A stretch of 62,743 nucleotides of DNA, filler included, from Babesia bigemina (lineage: Eukaryota): the NCBI RefSeq assembly GCF_000981445.1. It is 12 parts of 12 records of this genome, joined end to end, with 100 filler letters (N's around TTAATTAATTAA, not from the genome) between each part and the next. Parts side by side here need not be neighbours in the genome. Positions count along the whole stretch, not along the records: positions 33,929 to 53,745 come from NW_012236925.1; positions 53,846 to 56,034 come from NW_012236926.1; positions 56,135 to 58,277 come from NW_012236927.1; 9 more parts are not named here. The stretch is one strand, 5' to 3'. The notes beneath the pieces are model-generated. The model searched no databases and had not been told where the DNA came from. It saw only the letters and a list, made by a program, of their open reading frames with translations. Shown here one piece after another: positions 45,781 to 56,495 of the stretch (its first letter is position 1; the number at the start of each line of letters is the position of its first letter). The position numbers and the translations under genes are program-made.

Positions 45781-46199
45781 ATGGTAACGGCAGCGATGAC
45801 ACGGTCACGGCAGCGATGACATGGTCACGGCAGCGAAGACATGGTTACGGCAGCGATGACATTGTTACCGCAGCGATGACAGTTGATGGTCACGGCAGCC
45901 ATGACATGGTTACGGCAGCGATGACATGGACACGGCAGCCATGACATGGTCACTGCAGCGATGACATGGTCACGGCAGCGATGACATGGTCACGGCAGCG
46001 ATGATATGGTCACAGCAGCGATGACATGGTTATGGTCACGGCAGCGATGACATGGTTACGGCAGCGATGACAGTTGATGGTCACGGCAGCGATGACATCA
46101 ACACGGCAGCGATGACATGGTTACGGCAGCGATGACACGGTTACGGCAGCGGTGACATGGTTACAGCAGCGATGACATGGTTACGGCAGCGATGACATG
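45781..46199. repeat. 20-bp tandem repeat, ~20 units
   Basis: ATGGT(C/T)ACGGCAGCGATGAC units. Confidence 0.95.
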
Positions 46200-46218
46200 T
46201 TGACCAATGTGGTAATTA

Positions 46219-47657
46219 TTATCCACTCTTCATCGCCCCTTTATCCACTCTACACCGCCCCTTAACCCACTCTACATCGCTCCCTAACCCACTCTACATC
46301 GCTCCTTTACCCACTCCACATCGCCCCTTTATCCACCATTCATCGCCCCTTAACCACTCTACATCGCCCCTTTACCCACTCTACATCGCTCCTCTATCCA
46401 CTCCACATCGCTCCTCTATCCACTCTACATCGCTCCTTTATCCACTCCTCATCGCTCCTTTATCCACTCCTCATCGCTCCCTAACCCACTCTACATCGCC
46501 CCTTAACCCACTCTACATCGCCCCTTAACCCACTCCACATCGCCCCTTTAAGCACTCCACATCGCTCCCTAATCCACTCTACATCGCTCCCTAACCCACT
46601 CCACATCGCCCTTAACCCACTCCACATCGCCCCTTAACCCACTCTACATCGCCCCTTAACCCACTCCACATCGCCCTTAACCCACTCCACATCGCCCCTT
46701 AACCCACTCTACATCGCCCCTTTATCCACTCTACATCGCTCCCTAACCCACTCTACATCGCCCCTTAACCCACTCTACATCGCCCCTTAACCCACTCTAC
46801 ATCGCCCCTTAACCCACTCTTCATCGCCCCTTTATCCACTCTACATCGCTCCCTAACCCACTCTACATCGCCCCTTTATCCACTCTACATCGCTCCCTAA
46901 CCCACTCTACATCGCCCCTTTATCCACTCTACATCGCCCCTTTATCCACTCTACATCGCCCCTTATCCACTCTACATCGCCCCTTATCCACTCTACATCG
47001 CCCCTTTGTCCACTCTACATCGCCCCTTTATCCACTCTACATCGCCCCTTAACCCACTCTACATCGCTGCCTAACCCACTCCACATCGCCCCTTATCCAC
47101 TCTACATCGCTCCCTAACCCACTCTACATCGCTCCCTTACCCACTCTACATCGCCCCTTTACCTACTCCACATCGCTCCCTAACCCACTCTTCATCGCTC
47201 CTTTATCCACTCTACATCGCTCCTTAACCCACTCTACATCGCCCCTTTACACACTCTACATCGCCCCTTTACCCACTCTACATCGCCCCTTTATCCACTC
47301 TACATCGCTCCTTTATCCACTCTACATCGCCCCTTTACCCACTCTACACCGCCCCTTTATCTACTCTACATCGCCCCTTTATCCACTCCACATCGCTCCC
47401 TAACCCACTCTACATCGCCCCTTTATCCACTCTACATCGCCCCTTATCCACTCCACATCGCCCCTTTATCCACTCTACATCGCCCCTTTACCCACTCTAC
47501 ATCGCTCCTTAACCCACTCTACATCGCCCCTTTATCCACTCTACATCGCCCCTTTATCCACTCCACATCGCTCCTTTATCCACTCTACATCGCTCCCTAA
47601 CCCACTCTACACCGCTCCTTAACCCACCCTACATCGCCCCTTTATCCACTCTACATC
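46219..47657. repeat. 22-23-bp C-rich satellite, the only copy assembled end to end (~1.4 kb)
   Basis: Bounded by GTGGTAATTATTAT and the ves leader. Confidence 0.97.
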
Positions 47658-47685
47658 CCTCGAATTACCTCGCCATAATACCGCT

Positions 47686-47805
47686 ATGACCTCTCTAAAC
47701 CATAGCAATAACTTGTGCCCTGTCATTCTTCACTCCCCCTCTTCCGCCTCTTGCCACTGCCCTGACCATGTGCCGCCTAGGGAGCTTGACAAGAAATTTG
47801 ACTAA
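47686..47805 (+). other. 39-codon upstream ORF in conserved ves leader
   Basis: ATG 47686, TAA 47803-47805; main ATG 279 nt downstream at 47965. Confidence 0.65.
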
Positions 47806-47964
47806 ATTCTGAACCTCAAAAATACCTCAAATAATAACCCTACTAACATCCTTACTAACCTCTGCACTGGCCTCGAAACTTTCCTCGGCTTCAATCCATC
47901 TTCCAAAGGCTACGACGGCACTGGGATTGTGTACTCCGACCTGGATAGGCTGTGTGACGGGGTG

Positions 47965-50900
47965 ATGGGATTTTTGCTGAGCTGCCTGGAGGGAAGTAAA
48001 GAGTTATTAAAACATTACAATCCACAAATAACACAGATAATTGAACATTTACAATCCTCGATAGGCAAGGGACTTGGCGTTTCGGGATTTGCCGATGTCA
48101 TTGGGAAGGTTAAGAGCGGGCTGCAGGGGTATGAGAGTGGGATGGAGGAGAGGATTGCGGAGGTAAAAAAGCCTCTGCAAACGATGCAAGAGAGTTTCAG
48201 ATATTTAGAAACGTATTTAACTGATGTGAGTAAAAAGAATCTTGCGACCCAACTTGATCATGTGGCATCTCAAGCTTCCACCTATATGAGCAAGTCTTTC
48301 GAATCTCTTGCTGGAATGAATAAATTGGATACAATATCAAAAGGTAAGTTAGAATGTCATGTGAAATCCGTGTTGCAGGCTACCAAGAATTTCAAAGAAG
48401 TTAATGACAGCAAGCAACTGAAGAAGCAAGCGGCTGAAGTTGATAGGCAGCTACAACACCAAAGACAGCGAATTACAGTAGCTATTAATGTTGGTACGAA
48501 TCTTGTTAAACAAACCTTAAAGAAACAGTTTGATAGTGTTAGGAGCAGCGTGCATGACGTAAATGATAATAACAGTCAGCAATTTAAGTTACTCTATGAT
48601 GCCGTGAAAGCTGCACAAGGAAAGGTGAACGAGTTGTTACAGAGTTTCAACGATGTCTACGCTAATGAGATCACAAAACATATAGATAAATTAAGGGCAA
48701 ACATGACTAATATTACCAAGAACAGTGTCGCCAAATCTAATTTGAAATCTGAATTTATGAGAGTAATGGAGACGGTAACAGAAATTGAAGTTGCCTATCA
48801 GACGAAATTACTAGATATCAAAAGAGACGTCGAAGCCGCTGTCAGTCAGGCGGTAAACCGACTCAAGACTGTAGATAACGCTGTTAAATCTGGGTTATCT
48901 AAAGTGCGCCAAGACATTTATGGTAATCTAGAGGGGTTCGTTCAGGGTTTAGTTGAAAAAGTGAAAGCGGCGGCAGCTCAATCCATACCGGTTAGCGATA
49001 CCTATCCAGGTGTCAAAGCGCTTGGTAGTAATCTGACTGAATATTTGCCATTGTTTGGTCAGCAGATTACTGACGTCGCTATTGGTAAGAATGAATTTGC
49101 GCAGAAACTTGAACACTTCATGAATTACCTTCACAAAATGAGCACGAGGCCGACAATGAATCTCGATACTACAACACTTATCGGGGCTCTTTCCATTGCC
49201 ATCGACGGACAAATAGAAAAGGTGATAAAGGACGAAGAAGAGATACACTTCCAACTTCAAAAAATTATGGAAGCATATCAGGATGAGACCCAAGACCCTG
49301 CTCTGCCAAATAAACTTAGATCTATGATAGATGAAATCAAAACACCGGTTAAAGACATTACTAGCTCCACAGGAGCTGTAAACACATCTGCCATTGAGGA
49401 TTACGACACGAGCAAACCGTTGTATGATGCTGCCTCTCATGTGGTATATAGCGTTATCACATCACTTGAAGATATCCCTGCTTGTGTGGATGCCGTCTTG
49501 GAGATATCGCAGAATAAGATGGCATCTCTCGAAGAAGCAATCGCAGCTATCAAAAGTAGAATTGATATAGTCGAACAGGCTCTTATATCCGCCGAAAGCA
49601 CTCTGAGAGCGTATATCGACGCAGCTTATCGAGCAATAGAAACATCGCGCCAAAAATCCAAGCAGACCGTAGAACATTTTCAAACCACCCTCCTCTCCAC
49701 CGTCTCCTCCGCCTTCTCCTCCCTCACCCACCAAGTCCAATCCCTCTTCGCGAAGCAGAAGCAGGCCGAGCTCGCCGCGCTGGAGAGCGTTGTCACGCAG
49801 CAGTTGAAGGAGATTGATAAAATAATTAAAGATGATTCTATTAATGGATTGAAAGGATTTTTAAGTGATTTGCAATACAGCATTACGCAACAATTTCCGA
49901 ATGGCTCCCTTAATGATTCCACAAAATTACCAGTAGTAGCAATAAAGCTTGTGCAATTCTTTGATCCACTGTTTGAGTACGTAATTAGGCAACTAACTCC
50001 CAAGACACAGATGCTACCATCTACATCCGACGCGCAGTCTACTGACCCTACCGTCACCAGGGTAAGGAGCATCAGCACCAAGCTTAATAAATTACTAACT
50101 CATCTAATGAATAATAACAACAGAACGTATAACTTTGATTACACATTTGAGACTAATCTAGATGCACTGAAACAATCCGTACGTGCCTTAGGCGCCAGTA
50201 AATTTGGTGATGGAGCGCATCCCGATTTGCTGAACCTGATCAAATGCGGCATGACCGACTTCAACACTCAGTTGGATTATGCTTATGTTAGCAGATACTC
50301 TGAAAGGACATCGGTAGACAACAATTCATCGGTATACGCCAAAATCGGTATGACCATAATTCCCATTCTCTTGACTGATTTCAAAGAGATTCTGGCAAAC
50401 ACTGATGACATCGGTGATTGGCTCAACCTCAGTTTGAATCTCCGTGACGATAACGCCCTTGGTAGCTTTCTACAAACTGCTGGCTACGATGTTCCGACAA
50501 GTACTGACGTCAGCAACGGTCATCTGAAGAACAAGCAAGACTTCTGCGGTGGAGAAATACGTGATATACTGACCAAACGTGTTACGCACAAATTATTCAA
50601 TACAACAAAACATACCACGTACACCGATGGAATGACGCTAGAGCATGAGGAGGAAGACGGTGTGTTACAAAAACTACACGCCTTTCTCGGTCAATACTTT
50701 AAAGCGTGCCACATCACGCACACTAAATCACCCAGGTCGCCATGCAACGTATTTCATATGCTCTGTTGGCTATCTGGTCTGCAGTTTAATTCTGTATTTA
50801 ACCCGCTTTTTGAATCTATAAAAGAGCTATTTATGGTACCCGTTGATTCAAATCCAAATGAAAAAACGTTAAAGCCAATGAACGCATATCCAAAATCATT

Positions 50901-52437
50901 TCTGCCTGATGACGTTGGCTCTGCAATTCATCATATTTGCTCATATTCGTACGCCACTCTCACTACCATTATTGGAACTGGCAACGCGTTCACGAACTAC
51001 GCCTCCGACATGTGTAACAATTCAATGAGATTGTATTACCCCTCACGCGGCGAGGAATGTTTGTATATGCTGTTGGACATTCTTAGTAGATTATTCCCAG
51101 CACTCGAATTTTTGAAAAAGCAGTGCGGCACCACAAGTAAGGACTACGGCTGGGCCGACTGCCACTACGGTAAAGATGTGATACAATCAAACTGGCAATG
51201 TAACAACCACCCAATCGAGAAACCAACAAGCCAACCAACATGCCAAGCAAATTGCAAACCAAAGTGCCGACCAACGTCACCATTAATGAGCTATTTAAAT
51301 GATTGTCTTCCTGGTCACATTCCGCACCAGTTGCGTTCCATAGGTTGCAAATATGAATGTAACACCTGCTCCAAATCTAGACCCGGCATGCCCTGCATCA
51401 CTCCGCTTGGATTTAGGGGATTTTCGGGGTCAATGAAAACAGGTCAGGAGCTATCAGATGTTATAAAAGAATTCCTCAGTCATGAGCATATTTCATCCCT
51501 ATTCTGCCTTGTGCAAAAACCACCATCTACTCTGCCGGAGCACTTTGGCTTCGCTTTGTCCTTAATTCGTCATTGGCATTACGACCTGGAGTTCGGTGGC
51601 AATGCAGTTAACAAGCCTCCTATGCAAATATCAGTGGAGAATTCCATAGAAGAGACTTCCATGCAATTATATAATAATTCTGGTGACCTCACTAAGACGT
51701 ATATCGACGCGTATGGTTCCACTTCTGCCAGCCACGTATTATGCAAGCTTCCACATCTATCGAATATGACAAATGCGGAACCATGTCACAAATTCCGAAA
51801 GGAATGTGCTCCGTACCTTGCATCTTTGTGCGAGAATAATTATAAGACACTTGCCACAAAACATTCTGGCCTCTACCTATCATGGGCGATTTATCTACCG
51901 TGGACATTTCACAAATATCTCAAATCATTACTTGATGAATTCAGACAAATATACTGCAGAGAATGGGGATGCGGCAGATGTCAAAATGAAAATGGATGCA
52001 GATCAGGTCACCATGGAAGTTTTGAAAATCCATGCCACTGTAAATCTCTAGTATCGTGTAAAGGCGTTTCACCCACATTGTACAAATGTGGATTCATGTT
52101 CGGCAATTTAGTAACACTTAATCATGGACTGTATCCAAAGTCATGCTATAATTTCCAAAAAACCCTATCATCTGTTATTCATTCCAAATATTTCACTGAC
52201 CTATTCGACAAGTGCGACGATTTCCTCTTCGCCATTCGCGCTCCCTTCATCTGGACCACCCTTTCCCTCTGGCTCCTCTCTCTCTTGTACCTCCTCCACA
52301 TCATGGTCATCCGCCTCGACCTGCTCCACATCAAATCTCACTTGCACTCACCATCATCGCATCGCATAGCTGCTCAATCGCTACTCGCAGCTGCACGTGT
52401 TAACAAGCTTAACAGAGTGTTTTACCTGCAACCATAA
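47965..52437 (+). CDS. ves: VESA1-like variant antigen, 1490 aa, divergent Cys-rich domain type
   Basis: MGFLLSCLEG start after SDLDRLCDGV; SPLMSYLNDCLPGH and PSTLPEHFGF variant motifs; same TM/tail ...RVNKLNRVFYLQP. Confidence 0.9.
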   Translation: MGFLLSCLEGSKELLKHYNPQITQIIEHLQSSIGKGLGVSGFADVIGKVKSGLQGYESGMEERIAEVKKPLQTMQESFRYLETYLTDVSKKNLATQLDHVASQASTYMSKSFESLAGMNKLDTISKGKLECHVKSVLQATKNFKEVNDSKQLKKQAAEVDRQLQHQRQRITVAINVGTNLVKQTLKKQFDSVRSSVHDVNDNNSQQFKLLYDAVKAAQGKVNELLQSFNDVYANEITKHIDKLRANMTNITKNSVAKSNLKSEFMRVMETVTEIEVAYQTKLLDIKRDVEAAVSQAVNRLKTVDNAVKSGLSKVRQDIYGNLEGFVQGLVEKVKAAAAQSIPVSDTYPGVKALGSNLTEYLPLFGQQITDVAIGKNEFAQKLEHFMNYLHKMSTRPTMNLDTTTLIGALSIAIDGQIEKVIKDEEEIHFQLQKIMEAYQDETQDPALPNKLRSMIDEIKTPVKDITSSTGAVNTSAIEDYDTSKPLYDAASHVVYSVITSLEDIPACVDAVLEISQNKMASLEEAIAAIKSRIDIVEQALISAESTLRAYIDAAYRAIETSRQKSKQTVEHFQTTLLSTVSSAFSSLTHQVQSLFAKQKQAELAALESVVTQQLKEIDKIIKDDSINGLKGFLSDLQYSITQQFPNGSLNDSTKLPVVAIKLVQFFDPLFEYVIRQLTPKTQMLPSTSDAQSTDPTVTRVRSISTKLNKLLTHLMNNNNRTYNFDYTFETNLDALKQSVRALGASKFGDGAHPDLLNLIKCGMTDFNTQLDYAYVSRYSERTSVDNNSSVYAKIGMTIIPILLTDFKEILANTDDIGDWLNLSLNLRDDNALGSFLQTAGYDVPTSTDVSNGHLKNKQDFCGGEIRDILTKRVTHKLFNTTKHTTYTDGMTLEHEEEDGVLQKLHAFLGQYFKACHITHTKSPRSPCNVFHMLCWLSGLQFNSVFNPLFESIKELFMVPVDSNPNEKTLKPMNAYPKSFLPDDVGSAIHHICSYSYATLTTIIGTGNAFTNYASDMCNNSMRLYYPSRGEECLYMLLDILSRLFPALEFLKKQCGTTSKDYGWADCHYGKDVIQSNWQCNNHPIEKPTSQPTCQANCKPKCRPTSPLMSYLNDCLPGHIPHQLRSIGCKYECNTCSKSRPGMPCITPLGFRGFSGSMKTGQELSDVIKEFLSHEHISSLFCLVQKPPSTLPEHFGFALSLIRHWHYDLEFGGNAVNKPPMQISVENSIEETSMQLYNNSGDLTKTYIDAYGSTSASHVLCKLPHLSNMTNAEPCHKFRKECAPYLASLCENNYKTLATKHSGLYLSWAIYLPWTFHKYLKSLLDEFRQIYCREWGCGRCQNENGCRSGHHGSFENPCHCKSLVSCKGVSPTLYKCGFMFGNLVTLNHGLYPKSCYNFQKTLSSVIHSKYFTDLFDKCDDFLFAIRAPFIWTTLSLWLLSLLYLLHIMVIRLDLLHIKSHLHSPSSHRIAAQSLLAAARVNKLNRVFYLQP

Positions 52438-52559
52438 TCGTACTCACGTGTTCACTATCTACACTCACCTAGCATCACCTACTCACCTAACTTATGAATT
52501 GTGCTTTAATCTGTTGTATCACTCATTACTCGTTGTATGTGATTGTGAAATAGTTAACT

Positions 52560-53345
52560 AGAGTGCTGATCAATGTGCTGCCCAAAGTGCTGATCAATGC
52601 CATGACCAATGCCTTGACCAATGTGCTGACCAATGCCATGACCAAAGTGGTGACCAATGTGCTGACCAACGTGGTGACCAATGCCACGACCAAAGTGCTG
52701 ACCAACCACCTGACCAATGCCATGACCAAAGTGTTGACCAATCTGCTGACCAATGTGCTGACCAAAGTGCTGACCAAAGTGCTGACCAAAGTGCTGACCA
52801 ATGCCATGACCAGAGTGGTGACCAATGTGATGACCAAGGTGTTGACCAATGTGCTGACCAAGGTGTTGACCAAAGTGCTGACCAATGCCATGACCAGAGT
52901 GGTGACCAATGTGGTGACCAAAGTGGTGACCAATGTGCTGACCAACGTGTTGACCTAGCACCTGACCAATGCCATGACCAATGTGCTGACCAATGGGCTG
53001 ACCAATGGGCTGACCAATGTGTTGACCTATGGGCTGACCAATGGGCTGACCAATGTGTTGACCTATGTGCTGACCAATGCCATGACCAAAGTGCTGACCA
53101 ATGCCATGACCAAAGTGCTGACCAAAGTGCTGACCAATGCCATGACCAAAGTGTTGACCAACGTGCTGACCAATGTGTTGACCAATGTGCTGACCAAGGT
53201 GCTGACCAAGGTGCTGACCAGAGTGCTGACCAAAGTGCTGACCAACGTGTTGACCAAGATGCTGCCCAAAGTGGTGACCAATGCCATGACCAAGGTGCTG
53301 ACCAATGCCATGACCAGAGTGGTGACCAACCACCTGACCAAGTTA
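52560..53345. repeat. 12-bp minisatellite, ~65 units
   Basis: GTGCTGACCAAN units. Confidence 0.96.
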
Positions 53346-53346
53346 G

Positions 53347-53553
53347 TGGTCACGGCAGCGATGACATGGTCACGGCAGCGATGACATGGTTACGGCAGCG
53401 ATGACATGGTTACGGCAGCGATGACATGGTCACGGCAGCGATGACATGGTTACGGCAGCGATGACATGGTTACGGCAGCGATGACATGGTCACGGCAGCG
53501 ATGACATGGTCACGGCAGCGATGACATGGTTACGGCAGCGGTGACATGGTTAC
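53347..53553. repeat. 20-bp tandem repeat, ~10 units
   Basis: ATGGT(C/T)ACGGCAGCGATGAC units. Confidence 0.95.
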
Positions 53554-53565
53554 AAGTGGTGATTA

Positions 53566-53745
53566 TTATCCACTCTACATCGCCCCTTATCCACTATACA
53601 TCGCCCCTTTATCCACTCTACATCGCTCCCTAACCCACTCTACATCGCCCCTTATCCACTCTACATCGCTCCTTTGTCCACTCTACATCGCTCCCTAACC
53701 CACTCTACATCGCTCCCTAACCCACTCTACATCGCTCCCTAACCC
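53566..53745. repeat. 22-23-bp C-rich satellite (runs into gap)
   Basis: Follows the AAGTGGTGATTATTAT junction. Confidence 0.95.
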
Positions 53746-53845
53746 NNNNNNNNNNNNNNNNNNNNNNNNNNNNNNNNNNNNNNNNNNNNTTAATTAATTA
53801 ANNNNNNNNNNNNNNNNNNNNNNNNNNNNNNNNNNNNNNNNNNNN

Positions 53846-53992
53846 CACCATGGGCAAATATATACGCAAGGCGACAAGGTGCTGATGCCGCTGGCGATTC
53901 AGGTTCATCATGCCGTTTGTGATGGCTTCCATGTCGGCAGAATGCTTAATGAATTACAACAGTACTGCGATGAGTGGCAGGGCGGGGCGTAA
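53846..53992 (+). CDS. cat: Chloramphenicol acetyltransferase 3' fragment (vector)
   Basis: Encodes ...[41 protein letters not shown]. Confidence 0.97.
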   Translation, partial: HHGQIYTQGDKVLMPLAIQVHHAVCDGFHVGRMLNELQQYCDEWQGGA

Positions 53993-54211
53993 TTTTTTTA
54001 AGGCAGTTATTGGTGCCCTTAAACGCCTGGTTGCTACGCCTGAATAAGTGATAATAAGCGGATGAATGGCAGAAATTCGATGATAAGCTGTCAAACATGA
54101 GAATTGGTCGACGGCCCGGGCGGCCGCAAGGGGTTCGCGTTGGCCGATTCATTAATGCAGCTGGCACGACAGGTTTCCCGACTGGAAAGCGGGCAGTGAG
54201 CGCAACGCAAT

Positions 54212-54304
54212 TAATGTGAGTTAGCTCACTCATTAGGCACCCCAGGCTTTACACTTTATGCTTCCGGCTCGTATGTTGTGTGGAATTGTGAGCGGATAAC
54301 AATT
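54212..54304 (+). promoter_or_regulatory. lac promoter: CAP site, -35 TTTACA (54248), -10 TATGTT (54272), lacO1 (54284-54304)
   Basis: Matches the canonical lac control region. Confidence 0.98.
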
Positions 54305-54884
54305 TCACACAGGAAACAGCTATGACCATGATTACGCCAAGCTATTTAGGTGAGACTATAGAATACTCAAGCTTGCATGCCTGCAGGTCGACTCTAGAGG
54401 ATCCCACGTCTCGCTTCACGTCGCATGCTCGGCACTGCCTAACCATGCACTAGAGTAACGAGCGGTCCAAGTGGCGCTGACCCACACCCAGCATTCGGCG
54501 TAGAGAAAGACAACCACACAAAGTCCTAATTACCAGCGAACTACCACGCATGATCGAACACCCGTAGACAAACAGGCATATGCATTTACGACTCGGCCTC
54601 CGAAATTGCGTCGAGCATGCAGCACACCGCACCCATCGGTCTCGCACTTCCGCTCACAAATGCTCAGCAGTGTGAACTAGCTTATCCCAGTAGAGCATAC
54701 GTACAACTGCGCTGCTACATTCTTGCATCATCGGCACATACTCGATAAGGGCTGTATCGCAATGCCGACCCCGCTAAACCCTCACCGGCGTGATTAACGC
54801 TTCATGGCCAACGAACATGTCGATAACGATGTGCTTGCCGGCGGATAATCCGCGGATGCAACAAACCTGTCCCATCATCCCGCA

Positions 54885-55877
54885 CTAGTATTCGTGTTGG
54901 GGAGGAAACATGCCCATGTGTGGATGCGGCACCGGTTGCCAGACCTGTGCGTACGGGGCAGGCTGGTAGTACTGCGGGGGCATCGCGTCAAATTGGCTGT
55001 GAACCGCGGTCGGCATCATCTTCATGCTTGCACGTGATGCCACCATCTGGGCGGCTTGGCACGCAAGCGTAGCACGCATGTGGTCGCATTCGCGGCTGCG
55101 GGTAACGAACTCGGCCAGGTGCTCGCCCCAACCGTGCATTTCGGTAGCAGCATGCCAAAGGTTCGGGTCTGAAGGTTCGGTCACGTTGAAGTGATGAACC
55201 ATGCGCAATGCACGCTTAAGCGTGCGCTGCAAGGAGAGCAGGCGTAGCTGACGCTCCAAACGCATGAGCCCCGCCAAGAACTTGTTCACGCGAATCATTC
55301 CATGAGATCGGAACCGATCTGCGAACCTCTCCATACCCAATGTGCGGATTAGCGCCTCGACGCTCTCCATGCCCTCCGCGGAGCCCTTCTCCATCACGAA
55401 CTCTAACAGCGAGCGCAAATTGCTAACCGCGTTCAGCGTGTAGGAAGTCCTGGTCTCAGCCAGCGATTCATTATACTCCACCCAGCCTAAACTAGGAGTC
55501 CAGTGCGATCCGCCTACGTGCAACGCCTCCGAGTAGTGCAGTATATCGGCGGCGTCCGATTGCTTCTCAGCCTGCTTTTCATTCACGGTGGAACAATCGA
55601 CGCCACAACGTAGTAACAAATCCGGCGGCACGTCTGAACCCACGGCGAGGTATTTATAGACGGCATCAATCTGGTTGAGAGTCCTCTCGAATTGGGAGCT
55701 GCTAACGGGGTTCCTGACGGACCCCTTCATGCCATAGTACTCAGATTCCACGGGTTTGCGCTTCTCCCGCGCCGAATCAAGAGCGGAGAGAAGCTGGCGG
55801 AATCTCACGTCATCCGCTCTGACTCCCTGTGCGCTCAAATTGTAGAGCTCGTGCACGATCTCGGAGTAGGTGGCCAT
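54885..55877 (-). CDS. Hypothetical protein, 330 aa, with QLQ-like motif and Pro/Gln/His-rich C-terminus (fosmid insert)
   Basis: Intact ATG-to-TAG ORF; residues ~57-88 PVSSSQFERTLNQIDAVYKYLAVGSDVPPDLL resemble the QLQ domain. Confidence 0.7.
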   Translation of the reverse strand: MATYSEIVHELYNLSAQGVRADDVRFRQLLSALDSAREKRKPVESEYYGMKGSVRNPVSSSQFERTLNQIDAVYKYLAVGSDVPPDLLLRCGVDCSTVNEKQAEKQSDAADILHYSEALHVGGSHWTPSLGWVEYNESLAETRTSYTLNAVSNLRSLLEFVMEKGSAEGMESVEALIRTLGMERFADRFRSHGMIRVNKFLAGLMRLERQLRLLSLQRTLKRALRMVHHFNVTEPSDPNLWHAATEMHGWGEHLAEFVTRSRECDHMRATLACQAAQMVASRASMKMMPTAVHSQFDAMPPQYYQPAPYAQVWQPVPHPHMGMFPPQHEY

Positions 55878-56134
55878 TGTTTAACGTCGAGCCGGGGCCG
55901 ACGGATGCCCGCGGTGGCGCAATCACCCTGTAAATTCGCCCACTTATGACCTGTAAAAGTGAACGCTATCGGTGAGGGGCGACGGCGACGTACGGCGTGC
56001 CGTTCACCCTGCACACCCCGGGATGCTGAATGCANNNNNNNNNNNNNNNNNNNNNNNNNNNNNNNNNNNNNNNNNNNNTTAATTAATTAANNNNNNNNNN
56101 NNNNNNNNNNNNNNNNNNNNNNNNNNNNNNNNNN

Positions 56135-56450
56135 TGCCGAAGAGATGGCGCTGGCGGTCAATCAGGTGATTCAGGATGGCGGCGGGCTGTGCGTGGTACG
56201 TAACGGCCAGGTACAAAGTCATCTGCCGTTACCCATTGCCGGGCTGATGAGCACCGACACGGCGCAGTCGCTGGCGGAACAAATTGACGCCTTGAAAGCC
56301 GCCGCCCGTGAATGCGGTCCGTTACCCGATGAGCCGTTTATTCAGATGGCGTTTCTTTCTCTGCCAGTGATCCCCGCGCTAAAACTAACCAGTCAGGGGC
56401 TATTTGATGGCGAGAAGTTTGCCTTCACTACGCTGGAAGTCACGGAATAA
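56135..56450 (+). CDS. ade: E. coli adenine deaminase, 3' fragment (host contamination)
   Basis: [10 protein letters not shown] and [13 protein letters not shown] motifs; convergent with uhpT as in E. coli. Confidence 0.93.
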
Positions 56451-56451
56451 T

Positions 56452-56477
56452 AAAAAAAGCCCGGCGTCATGCCGGGC
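56452..56477 (-). terminator. Rho-independent terminator downstream of uhpT
   Basis: GCCCGGC-N5-GCCGGGC hairpin with a T7 tract on the minus strand. Confidence 0.85.
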
Positions 56478-56495
56478 AAAAGTCACCAGTTACGT

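Larger units (their letters stand above)
53846..54407 (+). other. Cloning vector contamination: pCC1FOS/pBeloBAC-family fosmid arm
   Basis: cat 3' end, NotI (54120), lac promoter/operator, lacZ-alpha start (54322), SP6-like ATTTAGGTGAGACTATAG and HindIII-SphI-PstI-SalI-XbaI-BamHI polylinker. It ends in CAC, a half Eco72I blunt cloning site. Confidence 0.97.

Noticed and set aside
53846..53992. Natural chloramphenicol resistance gene
   Set aside because: Directly followed by synthetic NotI/lac/polylinker vector sequence.
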